A DNA stretch of 64,000 nucleotides, from assembly GCF_004010195.1 (NCBI RefSeq), contig NC_057719.1, positions 43,103,789 to 43,167,788 of the forward strand, in the 5' to 3' direction. The notes below the pieces were generated by a model. The model made no database searches. It saw only the letters and a list, made by a program, of their open reading frames with translations, and was not told the origin of the DNA. This DNA comes from Chiloscyllium plagiosum. Lineage: Eukaryota. The position numbers and the translations under genes are program-made. This document shows, piece after piece, positions 48,831 through 62,555 of the stretch; within the stretch, counting starts at the first letter, position 1, and each line of letters starts with the position of its first letter.

Positions 48831-51749
48831 TTTGTTCTGAAATAAGATATTAGTTACATAAAGCTCATGACAGCATCTTAGCTTGAATTCTCTCCATCCA
48901 TTCTCATTTGTCATTCCCAGGCCAAGATATCTGAGGTAGAAGTGTTATGCCTCATGGTCCACACCCATTCCCGTATTGAAAAGCCCCATAAGGAAAAGAT
49001 GCGTGAAAAATATTTTCAATTACCTGAACTTTATTTTCAACGAAATGCTTGAAAAATGCAAATTTTTTAGGTATAACTGACCTATTACAACAGATTGCAA
49101 ATGGAAGAAATGAAGACAGAAATGACTTTGACAGTACTACAATTCTCATTCAAATTTACTCATTTAAAAATAGAACAGTGCGTACATTACTATCTACAGT
49201 CACACCACACACGTCAGCAAATCATCTCTTCCACAACAGCATATTATCATGATTTACTACATTCTTAATTCCAATTCTGCTTGAATAAGTGAGAACCAAC
49301 TAAAACAAATCAGTAACGCAAACATGCTGGAATTTCTGTTTAAGCTGCAATGCAATAATGGAACTAACCTTCTCCTTTGAATTCTGGTTTTCAGATTTCA
49401 TTATGAAATATAATATCCTTAACAGTAAAAATGCAAACAATGAATATATACCCTTCACATAATGAATAAGTCAACAGGTGTGTTTACATTTAATTTGCAG
49501 TAAGCTTTCAGCATGAACAAAAATTATTTGAACCAGTTAAGGATCCAGAAATCTGAAGGTGAAAATATGAACACGAAATGGGATTGGGGTACAATTCTAA
49601 ATGGTCAGTTGAGAGTACTGTTTTAAGTAGCTCAGGAAACTTAAAAGTTGTCATTTCCTGTCAACATATAGTCATAGTTCCCACAGACTTCCTTTCAACA
49701 CTGATGAGGTTATTTTTATACATAATTATACATAACATGAAATACATACTAAAAGTTACAATTTGGACATTTGAGCCTTCACCTCAATTGTTACAAATAT
49801 TTTTGTTTGTTACTCCCAAATGTTGAATTTACAGTATAATAGTTTCTTTAATTCTGAAAGGTTTGTTATGTTACAGAAATATTAAAATATTTTTCTTCTA
49901 AATAATCAATTTCCAATTAGTTACTAAAGCGTTCTGCTTTCTCCACCCATCATGGTAAAACATAAAAGAGATTTAATAATTTCATAACTATTTGCTGTTT
50001 ACATCTAATTAAACACTATTTTGAAAGCAAACCTCATCAATGACTTTAAGATACAATATATTATCAGAATAAATTTTCAAATTCATAGAGTGTTGTTCCA
50101 GGTTCACTGAAGCAACAATAATATATCTAACCAAGTTTCTCCAAGAACTACTACTTAAACATTTAACCTAAAAAGATATTTAAAACCAACTTGAAGATAG
50201 ACAACAAATGAAAATACACACAATTCAATGAAAACCAAATGCCATTTAATAACATCATAAATTATAAGTTTAGGAACACAAAATATATTTGTCTCTCTGA
50301 GATACATGTGATCAAAATAAGAGATCGCACATGTTTTTAATATTTGATAGGGCAGGACATTCACCTTAGTAAATTGAAAATAAATGATACAAGGGCTTAT
50401 TGTGGTTAAATATGCTTTTTAATTGATTGGAGCTTAAGATAATGGAAAAGAGAAATGATAGCAATCCATCTAAACAAGAAGAGCCACAATTTGACTTCAG
50501 ATGTATAACAACTACCCCAATAACAGATGCCAATCACCCACTATAAGGATTAATTCATATTTCAGTCCGACATACCATGGCAGATGGCAATTAACTTCAT
50601 GCTAATATCCTTGCTCAGAAAGCAAAATATATAAATAACTATCAAACATTGAAACTTAAACAACGTTAATCACAGTATATCAAATCATTCATTTGGAAAT
50701 TGTTTTTGAACATTTCTGTAATACTTATCTGGGTGTGAATGACTTAATCTTATTCAAGATTCATGGTGGCTCCTAACCCTTCATAGAAATCAAGAATGGA
50801 CTATCCAGAATTTAACCAAGTAAGTTTAATCATGCTATTATCATTATCATTATACTTTTACTTACACCAGTGAGGCTAGGATAACCCCACCTCTCAATCA
50901 GGCTCTCTTGGTTGCTGACCTTGGATATAGTAGAAGCAGTGCTAAATCCTGACCGCTTTGCAACTACCTTTTGTATTATCCTTGGCTATGAATGTCTTTG
51001 GAATATTATATTCAGTACTTTTAAAGTGTTGTTAGTTTTGTCATGGAGGCAAATGTGGCAGCTAAATGGTATACAGCAAAGTCCAGGCAATAACCATCTC
51101 CAACAAGACATAATCTAACTGTCCTCACTTGACATTCAATAGTATACATTGCAGGATGTTAATGATGGGAATTTCAGCAGTTATCCCTGACCAGACAGTT
51201 AATTGAACCAGCCTATCATCATCTAAACACTATAAAAGGCACCAACTGAAAGTTTCATGGGTTAATCTTCACTTGCTTTGAGGAGTTCAGCTCTAACAAC
51301 ACAAGAAGCTCAAGAGCAAAGCAATTAGCCTTTTTGCACCCTATTCACACCTTAAACATTCGCTCCCTCCATCATCAACACACTTTGGCTGTAGTGTGTA
51401 TTGTTAACAAGATTCACTGCAACAACTCACCAAGCCATTTCAAAACAGCATTCTACCATGTAAAAGAAAAATGACAACAGGTACATGTAAACACCTGGTT
51501 CCCTCAGCAAGCCACCCACCATTTGGACTTGGGAAATATAGCACCATTCTTCCACTGCTGATTAACATGCTGGAACTCTTTTCTAACAGCACCAAAGTAC
51601 ATACACCAGGCAATGGTTCAAGAAGTCAGTTCATCACCACCTTGAGCAATTAGCAATGGATGACATATGTAGGCTTTGCCAGCAATGCCCAAATTCTATG
51701 AATGAGAAGAACATGTACACTGATTATTTTCAAGTTTGGTCAGATTGAT

Positions 51750-53465
51750 AATGCAAATGAGAACCAGGCTGAGAGGAGAAGTAATAAAATTACAGAAGCA
51801 AAGTGAGAGCATGAGACTGGCAGATATTATAAAAGGGAATCCAAAAATGTTCTGTAGGCACACAAATTAAAAAAAGGGTAGTAAAAGGTGGAGAGGACCA
51901 ATTTTCGACCAAAAGGTAGTTTAAAGGTGGTGGCAGGCAACATGACTGAGGTACTAAATGAATACATTTTCTGTCTTTGTCAATTAAGAAGTTGCTGCCA
52001 AGATCACAAGGGCAAGATAAGTTACATGATAGGATACTGAAGGAAGGGTGGGCATTTTGGAAACAAGCCATAATCTTCCAGTATTCCTAAAATATAGGGA
52101 TGATGCCAATACACTGGAGAATTGTAAAGGTTGTTTAAAATGGGTATAATATTAAGTGTAACAATATAGGTCAGACAATCAGTTTAACCTCAATGGTGGG
52201 AAAATCTTTACGACAATAATCTGGGACAAAATTAATAGTCACTTGGACAAATGCAGAATGATTCGTGAAAGCAAGCACACAAGTTGTCTTAATCAAGTTT
52301 GTTTGAGTTTTTTGATCAGGAAACAGAGAGAATTAATGAGGGTGATTCAGTTATGTGCTTTTAAAAGGCATTTTATCATGTGGCATGTAAGAAGCTTGTC
52401 AGCAAGACAAGGATTAAAAAAGGCAGTGGAAACATGGAAACAAATTTGACTGAGTGACAGGAAATGGAGAGTAATGGCGGATGGTTATTGTTCGGACTGG
52501 ATTAAGTTTTAGAGTGAGGTTTCCCGGGGGTTAGAATCACAGTTTTCCTTGATGTATATTAATGACCTACACTGGTGCTTGCATAGAGCTTTTCACACTT
52601 TGTAAATGACACATAACTTGGAACTGAGAGAAGAATAATGATAGTCAACAAGAGGACATCGGTTGGTGGAATGGTTGGACAAATAGCTGATAAGCTTTAA
52701 AGCAGAGGGGTAGAAAGTGATACACTTTGATAGGATGAATGAGGAAAGGCAATGTAAGATAAGCAAGCAATTATAAAGTAAATGCAGGAGCTCAGGGATG
52801 TATTTACAAATCAAGGACCACAAACAGGGCAGATTGAGAAAATGTTTAAGAATGCATATAATAGTTTGGACTTTAAAATTTGACATAGAGTACAAAAGCA
52901 AGGAAGCTGTAGTGAATCTTTACAAAAGACTCATTCAGCCTCATCTGAAATATTGTGTTCAATTCTTGACACCACAGTTTGGAAGATGTGAAATCATTAA
53001 CGATAGTGCAGAACAGATTTACAGAAACGGCTTCAGGGATGAGGGACTTCTGTTCCATGGAGATACTGGAAAATCAGGGGCTGTTCTTAGAGAAGGTTTA
53101 TAGCAAATTTGATAGGTATTCAAAGTCATGAAAGGTCAGGACAGAGTCGGTAGGGAGAAACTTCCTATTAGAGGAAGGAACAAAAATGAGAGGAGGCAGA
53201 TTTAAAGGGACTGACAAAATAATCAACAGGAGGAAAATATTTTAATTAAATGCAGTATGTGATTAGAATCTGAAATGCACAGTCTAAGCAAATAGTGGAA
53301 AAAGTTCTGTTGTGGTTTTCTGAAGAAAATTGAATAATTATCAGGGGAGGAATAAATGGCTGGTATACAGTGAAAATGTGGGGCTAGCTGAGTTGCTCTT
53401 GTAGACAGCAGGTATGAATGAGAAGGGCTAAATGGCATCCTCTGTGCTGTAGCCATATTATTTCA
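51750..53465 (+). mobile_element. Old decayed CR1 LINE
   Basis: LYKRLIQPHLKYCVQF remnant; CR1-type 3' end (gggctaaatggcatcctctgtgctgt) at ~53425. Confidence 0.65.
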
Positions 53466-53952
53466 TGATCATCGTTTGAGAGACCAATGATAGCCAAGTT
53501 TCAAGGGGAACTCTCCTAGTCTTTGAAGAACAGCATGGGATCTTCTACATTCACCTGAGAAGCTAAACTAATGCTGGTTAATGAATTGAGCAGGTGAAAA
53601 AGAATGAATAAATAAACAAGCCTACATTCTCAGTGCTTTACAATGAATGCCTTTATTGACCAGAACCTCAGTCAAGACTTCCCAAACTGTGGGTCACAAT
53701 GTGAAGAAGTTTGGGAAATTTGGCCCAGTGTTAACATCTTGCCAACTTCAGGAATACGGCTCTCCCTCAGTAATGAAATGAACTGTCAACCAAGTTTATG
53801 TACTTAATATCAGTGATTTTTGTTGGGGTACAAGTTTGTTAGAATATTATAAATAGATGTTCACATTAAACATCTTTATATTATTCAGGAAACTCCTCCA
53901 TATTGCCTCCTTCACTTCTAAACACAACGTATCAATACAATGGAGGAAACAG

Positions 53953-54031
53953 GCTTATGCCCGAAACGTCGATTCTCTTGCTCCTCGGATGCTGCCTGGC
54001 CTGCTGTGTTTTTCCAGCACCACATATTTCA
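53953..54031 (+). mobile_element. 79-bp Penelope terminal-repeat fragment (family A)
   Basis: Perfect 16-bp TSD acaatggaggaaacag at 53937-53952 and 54032-54047. Confidence 0.85.
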
Positions 54032-54520
54032 ACAATGGAGGAAACAGTCAACATTGATGCCAATGGAGGCACATTCAGACAATCTCTTAGTATAATTCAA
54101 TTTTGTTTTCATACAATCATTAAACACTATTTCTCTCCTCAGTTGTATTTGTTCCAGATTTTAACAGTAAAGCCATTCACGAAATTATTTGTTCATGTTG
54201 GTAATTCAGAAAGCATAAAGAAACGTTACTTTAACCAAGGAAGATAAAATATTAACATTAAAAGTCTTTATCTCACCATTCAATAATATTGTGATAGTAT
54301 TGTCTTCATATTGCATTGCATTGTCTGAATCAGTGTACAATTTGCAAAATGTGGTTCATCCAATCATTAGAATTACCACTGTGTGCTAAATTGTATTCTT
54401 GTGCAGCTTTCATATGAATTTTCTATTCCTACCTTCATATGCATTTCCTTGTAGTAGTCTTTCAATACCTTAGAATAGTTTTTACAGGAAATGTTTGAAA
54501 TAAAAAGACAATTTTTAAAA

Positions 54521-54792
54521 ATTCATTCACGGGATGAAGCCATTGCTAGCTAGGCCAGTATTTATTGCCCATCCCTAATTAAGTATCAACTGCACTGCTG
54601 TGGGTCTGGAGACACATGTAAGCCTTTCCTTCCCTAATGTCCTTGAAGGAGGGAAAACTGTTCTGGCCTACATGGGACTCCAGACCCACAGCAATGCGGT
54701 TGACTCTTAAACCACCCTCTGTGTAATTAGGAAAGGGCAATAAATGTTGGTCTAGCCAGCAACACACACATCCAGTGAATGAATTTTTTTTT
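54521..54792. repeat. Palindromic (head-to-head) pair of Deu-type SINE 3' halves
   Basis: Left arm 54521-~54632 is the approximate reverse complement of right arm ~54645-54784. Each arm has part of the Deu-like core and the LINE-derived tail. Confidence 0.75.
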
Positions 54793-55184
54793 AAACTATA
54801 TCACCTTTATATTTCTATATATTTCCTTGTTTACAGGTCAGATGTCAGAATATCTAAAGATAACTAAACAAGAAATCTCCTAACACAGCTGATAAAGTAC
54901 CCAGTTCCTGATTGTGAACAGTTTTAACATAAATACTTATCTCAAAATAAGACCCCAAAATCAAACAAGTCCTAATACTGAGTTAACATGTTTTCAGATA
55001 ATTGAAGAGTATAAACAGAATTAGAAGAAAACTAGTCTAGGTCATAAATATTTAACTCTATCTCAACAGCTTGACTTTGCTCTGGATACATTAGATTCTA
55101 CTCCCTACATAAACATTTTTTTAAATTAAGAAAAACAGAAGCTGCATTCGTTCATGTACAGCATTTTTTTTAAAAAACCAAAGC

Positions 55185-55190
55185 TTTATT
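55185..55190 (-). promoter_or_regulatory. Candidate polyadenylation signal (AATAAA) for the SERTA gene
   Basis: tttatt on + about 735 nt past the stop, in repeat-free AT-rich sequence, with T-rich sequence downstream on the minus strand. Confidence 0.35.
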
Positions 55191-55924
55191 GTTAGATCTT
55201 AGGAGAGGTAGTGTAAGTCAAATCCAACAGCAAAGCCTGCCAGACTGGAACTAAAAACCAAATAAGACAAACATCAAACATAGAGATTTAGAGTATAAAA
55301 TTCTAAAAAAATAAATAGTTTAAATGTCATATAAAACATTTTTGTAACCTTTGATAAAGGTGTCTTTGTTGGTTCAAGAATACCATATAAAACATCTGTA
55401 AGGAAATAAAACATACTGTGTGCTTTAGTCAATAGAATAAACCTGCTAACAATGTCCTTCAGATAATTAGTTCCTCTCACACTGCAGATATAAATGCTGA
55501 AAACCATAACTATTAAAAAGATGTACAGAAACACAAAATACTATTCAGTCTCTATTAAAGGTTTAGTTGATTAAGTTAATGTTCAACATGTTTCAGCAGT
55601 TCATTCATTTCTTAAAAACAATCTTATCCCATTAAAAAAATAACCCAAGTGGTTAAGGGCACATTTGTGCATAGCAAACCAGAAGTTATCATTACTAGCC
55701 AACAGTTCTTCTGCCATAATTCACATGCTAAGTACCAGAGTTCTTGCTGTAGCATTTTGTTTCCAACTTCTTAAAATATTTAAAAAGTTGAAAATTACTT
55801 AAACCCTCCAATGAACACAGCTAGCTATTATACTGGCTGTTTCCATCTCTAATGGTACAGCTATAGTTGTTATAATTAATTCGGAAGACAAGCACACAAA
55901 ATTCTGCAACACCCCAGTGATGAA

Positions 55925-56767
55925 TTAGGATCCTACAAGAATTTCCATGATATGGTCCAGGTCACTCAAATCTACTCTGCAGATCTGAATGGTGTTCACT
56001 GACGCAGAGTTGCATAACTGAAAGGGTTTTGAAACATCATCCACGCTAGCTGGTGGTGTTCTAGCAGGTGTTAATGGAAGTAAGCACAGATCTGAGTCAT
56101 ACATGGACGTGTCAATGTCTTCAAATATGTCATCAAAAGCAAGATCTGTTAGGTAACTCGTTGAATTTGTGATTTCAAAAGAGCCAAACACAGTTTCTGC
56201 AGGCCTAGTTTCTTGTGGTCTGTCTGCCAAAGAAATGTCTGAATTTGGGTCATCTTCACCTGCAGGTGCAGGACAAGGAGATGGGCTAATATCCTCCATG
56301 AAATCCAAATCTTTAAGGATTGATGAAATGGCGGATGACATGTCATCATCTGAAACAACTACTAGAGAGTTCTCAATCTGATTTTCTGAAAAATCTGAAG
56401 AAATATTCAAATCCAGAGAACTGTTTTGAATGGTTGATGGTGTTCCAGTTAATTCAATACTGGCCTGAGATGCTGTATATGAGTCTGGAACTGGGCTTGT
56501 TCCACTGCAGATATTAGATCCTTCTTGACTGCTTTCTTGCCTCATTTCCTCCTGGATCTGCCGAACAGTATTTGCGATAAGGACAGAACGGTGCAAGTTT
56601 GGTTCCACCAGCATCCGACAGCTTTGCAATTTGATAAGGCACATATTAAGTACCAACTGTCTCTGCAAAGTGTAGGGCAGCCCTGGGTTAGAATCAAAGG
56701 CACCAGGAACACCAGCCATATTTTCTTCGTAATCACTAAGCTTGCGCTTCAGTCCTTTAGCCAACAT
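55925..56767 (-). CDS. CDCA4: SERTA-domain protein, CDCA4/TRIP-Br3 type (CDCA4 or a CDCA4-like paralog), 280 aa, single coding exon
   Basis: Intact ORF. N-terminal GLKRK motif, SERTA domain (YTLQRQLVLNMCLIKLQSCRMLVEPNLHRSVLIANTVRQIQEEM), acidic DDIFEDIDTSMYD box and C-terminal DLSDLDHIMEILVGS, all typical of SERTAD/CDCA4. MLVEPNL.RSVLIANTVRQIQEEM is CDCA4-like rather than SERTAD2-like. The family call is firm; exact orthology is not. Confidence 0.85.
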   Translation of the reverse strand: MLAKGLKRKLSDYEENMAGVPGAFDSNPGLPYTLQRQLVLNMCLIKLQSCRMLVEPNLHRSVLIANTVRQIQEEMRQESSQEGSNICSGTSPVPDSYTASQASIELTGTPSTIQNSSLDLNISSDFSENQIENSLVVVSDDDMSSAISSILKDLDFMEDISPSPCPAPAGEDDPNSDISLADRPQETRPAETVFGSFEITNSTSYLTDLAFDDIFEDIDTSMYDSDLCLLPLTPARTPPASVDDVSKPFQLCNSASVNTIQICRVDLSDLDHIMEILVGS

Positions 56768-56771
56768 GAAT

Positions 56772-56798
56772 CTAGAACATAGAAGAAAAAAGTTGAGT
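56772..56798 (-). promoter_or_regulatory. 3' splice acceptor 4 nt upstream of the SERTA-gene ATG
   Basis: The minus strand reads a T-rich tract ending ...ttcttctatgttctag|attcATG. This implies an upstream non-coding exon, the usual SERTAD/CDCA4 gene layout; that exon was not identified in the window. Confidence 0.75.
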
Positions 56799-57967
56799 AT
56801 CTATTCCAACACATAATATAAATGAGTGTGTAGCTATCCTGTTGTTTAGGTACCTGAAATTATAAAATAGTGCACAGTAAACTAATATTTGAATTCACAG
56901 CATTCTTGTTTATTAATATTTAAGACAATTTTCAGGTCACAAATCTGAAACATTACCTCGGTTTCTTTATTGACAGATTCTGCCTGACCTCAGAGTATTT
57001 CCAGCATTTTCTATTAGATTTAAGAGAATAACTAACTTTCTCTGCCATGGAAGCACTAAAGAAAACTTTACAGATTTGTGCTCCCATCAATAAGCGTCTC
57101 CCAACAAGTGAGTAAGGGACACAACTGCAGTTCATAAATGTTTCTGACAACTGAAACTAATTGATATGTATCCCAAATTGCAAAGCACATTGGAATAGTA
57201 CAACTCAAAATTAATACCCTTTTTTGAATTCAGTCTATAATTTTCCAGATTCTGAGCCACTAAATCCAGGGGGTTACAAACCCTTCTATTCACAGAAATC
57301 ATTTCTGGGAATCCATATCCTAACTATCAACTGTCACCTTCTTCAAAAGGATATCAGTGTTTTGATTAGTAAACAACAACAAAAATAACATGCTAGAACA
57401 TCAGAAGATGTAGAAATGTGATCACACAGCTGAAATTTGATGACCTTGCAGATCCTTTAAGAGCAAGAGAGAGTTCAGTTTGAAAACCGCTAATCTACTC
57501 TTTCCCACTAATATTGTGAAAGACCTAATTCATGTTAACTGATTTTCTTGTACTCTCTTGAAAGATCCTTCACTGAGCCTATTTAGTGGCTGTAAGAGAC
57601 ATTCAAACCCAAAGAAAGCTAGTAGACTAGTTTTTGCTACATCAAGGTATTTTCCTGCTGTCACATGCAATAACCTTCTGGTTATAATCATCAGAACATT
57701 GTAGAAGTTAGCAGTGACTTATATAATGTTACCTTGCCATTATTCATGTTTAAGTTTTTGCCATGAGAACTTTATAAGTGTTTACCATAGTACAGTAGCA
57801 GCATGATCCAGAAAGTACCATTTGCATTTATTTGAAATGAATTTATCATAAGAAATGTAGGAATGTATAATCTGCACCTGAGTTTGCTAACAGCTCTCAC
57901 AGTTTAGCACTAGCAGCAAGTTACCAACATTCAAAATTGATGACAAGGTGAAGATCAACATACCACT

Positions 57968-58291
57968 GTGACATGGTGGCTCAGTGGTTAGTACTGCTGC
58001 CTCACAATGCCAGGGACCCAGGTTCAATTCCAGCTTCGGGTAACTGTCTGTGTGGAGTTTGCACATTCTCTCAGTGTCTGCATGGGTTTCCTCTGGGTGC
58101 TCTGGTTCCAAAGACGTACAGTTTAGATGGATTGGCTAAGCTAAATTGCCCATAGTATTTAGGGAGGTGCAGGCTGGTGCATTAGTTAGGGGTAAATGTA
58201 GGAGAATGGGTCTGGTGAGATACTGTTCGGAGGGTCGGTGTGGACTTGTTGGGCCAAATGGCCTGTTTCCACACTGTAGGGATTCTATGAT
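57968..58291 (+). mobile_element. tRNA-derived V-type SINE (HE1-like)
   Basis: A box tggctcagtgg, B box ggttcaattcc, V-domain and gattctatga tail. Confidence 0.88.
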
Positions 58292-61200
58292 CTAGTCCCC
58301 ATCCCACCACACAAAATGCCCTGGTAGAGACAACAGATAACACCAGAGTAAAGAAAGGTCTTGTGGTAGTACCCCTGCCTTGGGCCAGACTTCAAGTCCC
58401 ACTTTAAGTCCCACCTGTCCAGCAGTGTGCAATGATAGGTTGATTTAAAAAAAACAAAGTTACTTAACTACCATATGACTGATGTGATCATTGTTCCAGC
58501 CAAGAGTTGGGCCATCTCCCTCTTGAAGGTGTACAAACAAACAGTCAGCAACAACACCAGACAATAGTGCGTTCCAGAGGCTCACTACTGTCTGGTAGAA
58601 GAGGAACTCATTAATATCCAATCTACTTCTACTTCATGAGATTGCAACTCTTGTTGCCTAGTCCTATTCAATCTGTTAAACTGGAAATAACGGGATGAAA
58701 GTTTTAAGTACATGGCTGACATGGAGCAGATCAGTCAGGAAAGAATGGCTTTGTCCGTCATGCAAGATTGTGAAAATGGGATCAAGTCGATCCAGTGGCC
58801 CCAGCTGAGGGTGGGAGACAGAATCCCTGAAGATGTAGGTCAGATACCTCATTTGAGTTTAGGGTTGAGAGTGGTGCCCAATCACAGAGGCAGGCACCTG
58901 GATTTAGGAGGTAGGTATAAAGGCTGTCACCTCCTGGATTCCACAAGTCTATTCTATTCTTTTGTCAAAGCTGAGGCACTGATATTCAGGTAACCCACTC
59001 AGCAGCAGTCAAGTTCCAAAAGTGCAATGATTATGGATCTCATATTCTCAATATTACACAGACTCACTGTCATCTTTAAGAATAAATGAATCTACTTGCA
59101 ATGGGTGCACCCTCCTTTTAGCACCAGAAACCTGGAAATGGCTGGGTTGAAGCCAAATTGAGTTCAGGAAACAGATTTCTCATGCTCCAATAACTCTGTC
59201 ATCCAACCAAAACCCACCCATTTTGTGGGATTAAACTTTTTCCAAATCTATTAATAGATATGCTATGATAAACTTTTCAGAATATTACAGGCCTCTCACA
59301 AGTTGTCCCTAAATCTATGCTGCTTGAAATTAAATAAACCCAGCAGATTAAGTGTAGGATTTGTTTCGATAGCTCATAGGATGACATAACTTTTTTTTAA
59401 ATTCACTCATAGGATGCGGGGATTGCCGGTTGCCCCTGAAATCATACAGTTCAGAAGAGGCCTTTCAGCCATCTGCACCAATGAAATCTACACTAGCCCC
59501 ACTTTCCAGCACTCGAATGTATTGACAATTCAAGTGCTCATCCAAATTCTTTTTTAAAGTTTATGAGGCTTCCTGTCTCAACTACCCTCCGAGGCAGTGC
59601 ATTCCAGATTCCTACGACCCTATATTTAAAAAAAAACACAAATCCCCTCTCAACCTCCTGTCTTTCAGCTTAAAATTATGCCTCCTTGTCACTGATGCTG
59701 AGGGGTCAACTGAGGGGAATAGCTGGTTCTTCTCCACCCTGTCCATGCCACTCAATCTTATACATCTCAAAGAGACCTCCTCTCAGCCTGGTCTGCTCTG
59801 AAAAAAAAACTGTCCACGTTTATCCAACCTCTTTTCGTAGCTAACCTATAGCTAAAGTAACCCCAGCTAACATCCTGATGAATCTCCTGTAAATTAATTT
59901 ATGAAATGTAGCCAGCATTGACATGGTGAACATATTATTGTCCCTAATTGCCGTCAAATTCAACTGAGTGATTGCTTGCCCATTGTCTTATATTGGCTGG
60001 CCAAGCTGGGCTTGGTTCAAGTGGAATTTAGAAGAATTACAGGTGACTTAATTGAGGTGTACATGATCCTGAATAGATTTGATAAGATGGCCAGAGAAAG
60101 AATAGTGTCTCTTGTGGGTCATTCCACAGTTTTTAAAATCAAAGGGTTGATAGCGTGGAAGAGAGTGTTTATCCTTCTCTGATAGCTGTGCACGTTGGGA
60201 AAGCTCTGCCCCAAAAGGCAGTGGAGGTGAGATCGTTATATACATTTTTAAGGCAGAAGTGGATAAATTCTTGTTAGGCCCAGGGACTCGAAGGTTATCA
60301 GGTGTAGATGGCAATGCAGAATTTAAAACCGAGAGATCAACCAGAATCATGCTGAATGCAGAGCAGGCTCAGGGTGGTGATGGGTCCGTTTCTGCTCCTA
60401 ATTTGTATGTTTGTATTCAGCGTGTACACCAGGCTAAGGACACTCAAATTCCAGTGAAAGATAAAAATTTGCAAAACAATCCAGGACTTCAAAGGTCACC
60501 ATTACTGACATTTTTTTTTGTATTTTAGATTTAATTAATTGGATTTAAACTCCTTTGCTGCCACCATAGGATTCAAACTCATCCTTCTGGTTCTTTAGCC
60601 CAGACCTCTGTATTGCTAGTCCAGTAAATAACCACTATATTACCATAATGTTTAGTGTATAAACAAATTGTCCCAATCAATAACAAAATCTAATATCAGA
60701 ATATAGACAAACCATCTTGACATCAACAAGACTGTCACTGGAGAGTGCAGGAGAGCATGCCATGGGCAGCACCAGACATACTTAAAAATGAGGTATCATT
60801 CTGGTGAAGCTACCAGACAGGACTACATGTGCACCATCCAACATAAGCAGGAAGTTATAGACACAATTAAGTGATCTCACAACCAAACAGCTAAGATCTA
60901 AAGTCTGCAGTCCTGCCACATCCAATCGTGAATTAAACAACTCATTTGAAGCGGAGGTCCCACAAATATCCCCATTCTCAATGATGGAAGAGCCCAGCAC
61001 TAAAGATAAGGCTGAAGCATTCGCAGCAATCTTCAGCTTGAAGTGTCAAGTATATGATCTATCTCAGCCTCCTCCAGTGGTCCCCATCATCATTGATGAC
61101 AGACTTAAGCCAATTGGATTAATTCCACATGATATCAAGAAACAGTTGGAGGCACTGGATACTGCAAAGGCTTTGGGCCCTGACAACAGTCTGGCCATAG

Positions 61201-62555
61201 TACATATGCTCCAGCACTTGCTGCATCCCTAGCCAAGCAATTCCAATACAGTTATAACACTGGCACTTCCCTGACAATGTAGAAAATTGACCAGATATAT
61301 CCTGTAGACAAAAAGCAGGAAGAAGTCAGTCCAACTAATTATTCTCCCATCAGTCTATTTATCATCAGTAAAATAATGGATGGTGTTATCAAAAATGCTA
61401 TCGAGCAGCACCTGCTTAGCAATAACCTGCTCAGTGACACTCTGGGTTCCGCCAGGGCCACTCAGGTCCTGACCTCATTATAGCCTTGGTTCAAACATGG
61501 ACAAAAAAAGCTGAAGTCCAGAGGTGACGTGAGAGTGACAGCCCTGGACATGAAGGCTGCATATGACCAACTGAGGCATCAAGGAGCCCTATCAAAATTG
61601 GAATCAATGGGTATCAGGGGCAAACTCTCTGCTGGTTGGAATCATACTTGGCACATAGGAAGACAGTTGTGATGATTGAAGGTCAGTCATCTCAGCTTCA
61701 GGACATCTCTGCAGGAGTTTCTCAGGATAGTGTCCTAGGCCCAACCATCTTCAGTTACTTCATCAATGACCTTCCCTCCATCAGAAGGTCAGAAGTGTGA
61801 ATGATCACTGAGGATTGATCAATGTACAGTACCATTCACAACACCTCAGATACTGAAGCAGACCATATTCAAATGCAACAAGACCTGAACAATATCCAGG
61901 TTTGGGCTGACATTCACACTGCACAAACGTCAAACAATGACTGACTATCTCCAATAGGACACAATGTAACCACTGCCCCTTGAAATTCAATGGCGCCACC
62001 ACCACTGAATCCCCTACCAGCAACATCCTGGGGATTGCCATTGACCTGAAATTGAACTGTACTCGCCATATAAATACAGTGGCTACAAGGGCTAGGAGTA
62101 CCACAGTGCGTAACTCACCTCCTGACTCCCTGTTCACTAGCTGCAAGGCACAAGTTAGGAGTGAAACAAAGCTTGCTTGGATGCGTGCCACTCCAACAAC
62201 ATTCAAGAAGCTTGACATCATTCAGGACAACGAGGTAAAAACCCACCGACTCCCACAGCTACCTGGATTACAGCTCTTCCCACCCTACCTCTTGCAAAAA
62301 TGCCATCCCGTATTCCCAATTCCTCCGCCTCCGCCGTATCTGCTCCCAGAAGGAGCGGTTCCACCATAGAACACACCAGATGGCCTCCTTCTTTAGAGAC
62401 CGCAATTTCCCTTCCCACGTGGTTAAAGATGCCCTCCAACGCATCTCATCCACATCCCGCAATTCCGCCCTCAGACTCAACCCCTCCAACCGCAACAAGG
62501 ACAGAACCCCCCTGCTCCTCACCTTCCACCCTACCAACCTCCGCATAAACCAAAT

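Noticed and set aside
56149..56782. Small ORFs overlapping the SERTA gene in other frames and strands
   Set aside because: Shadow ORFs of a real coding exon, with no recognisable motifs.
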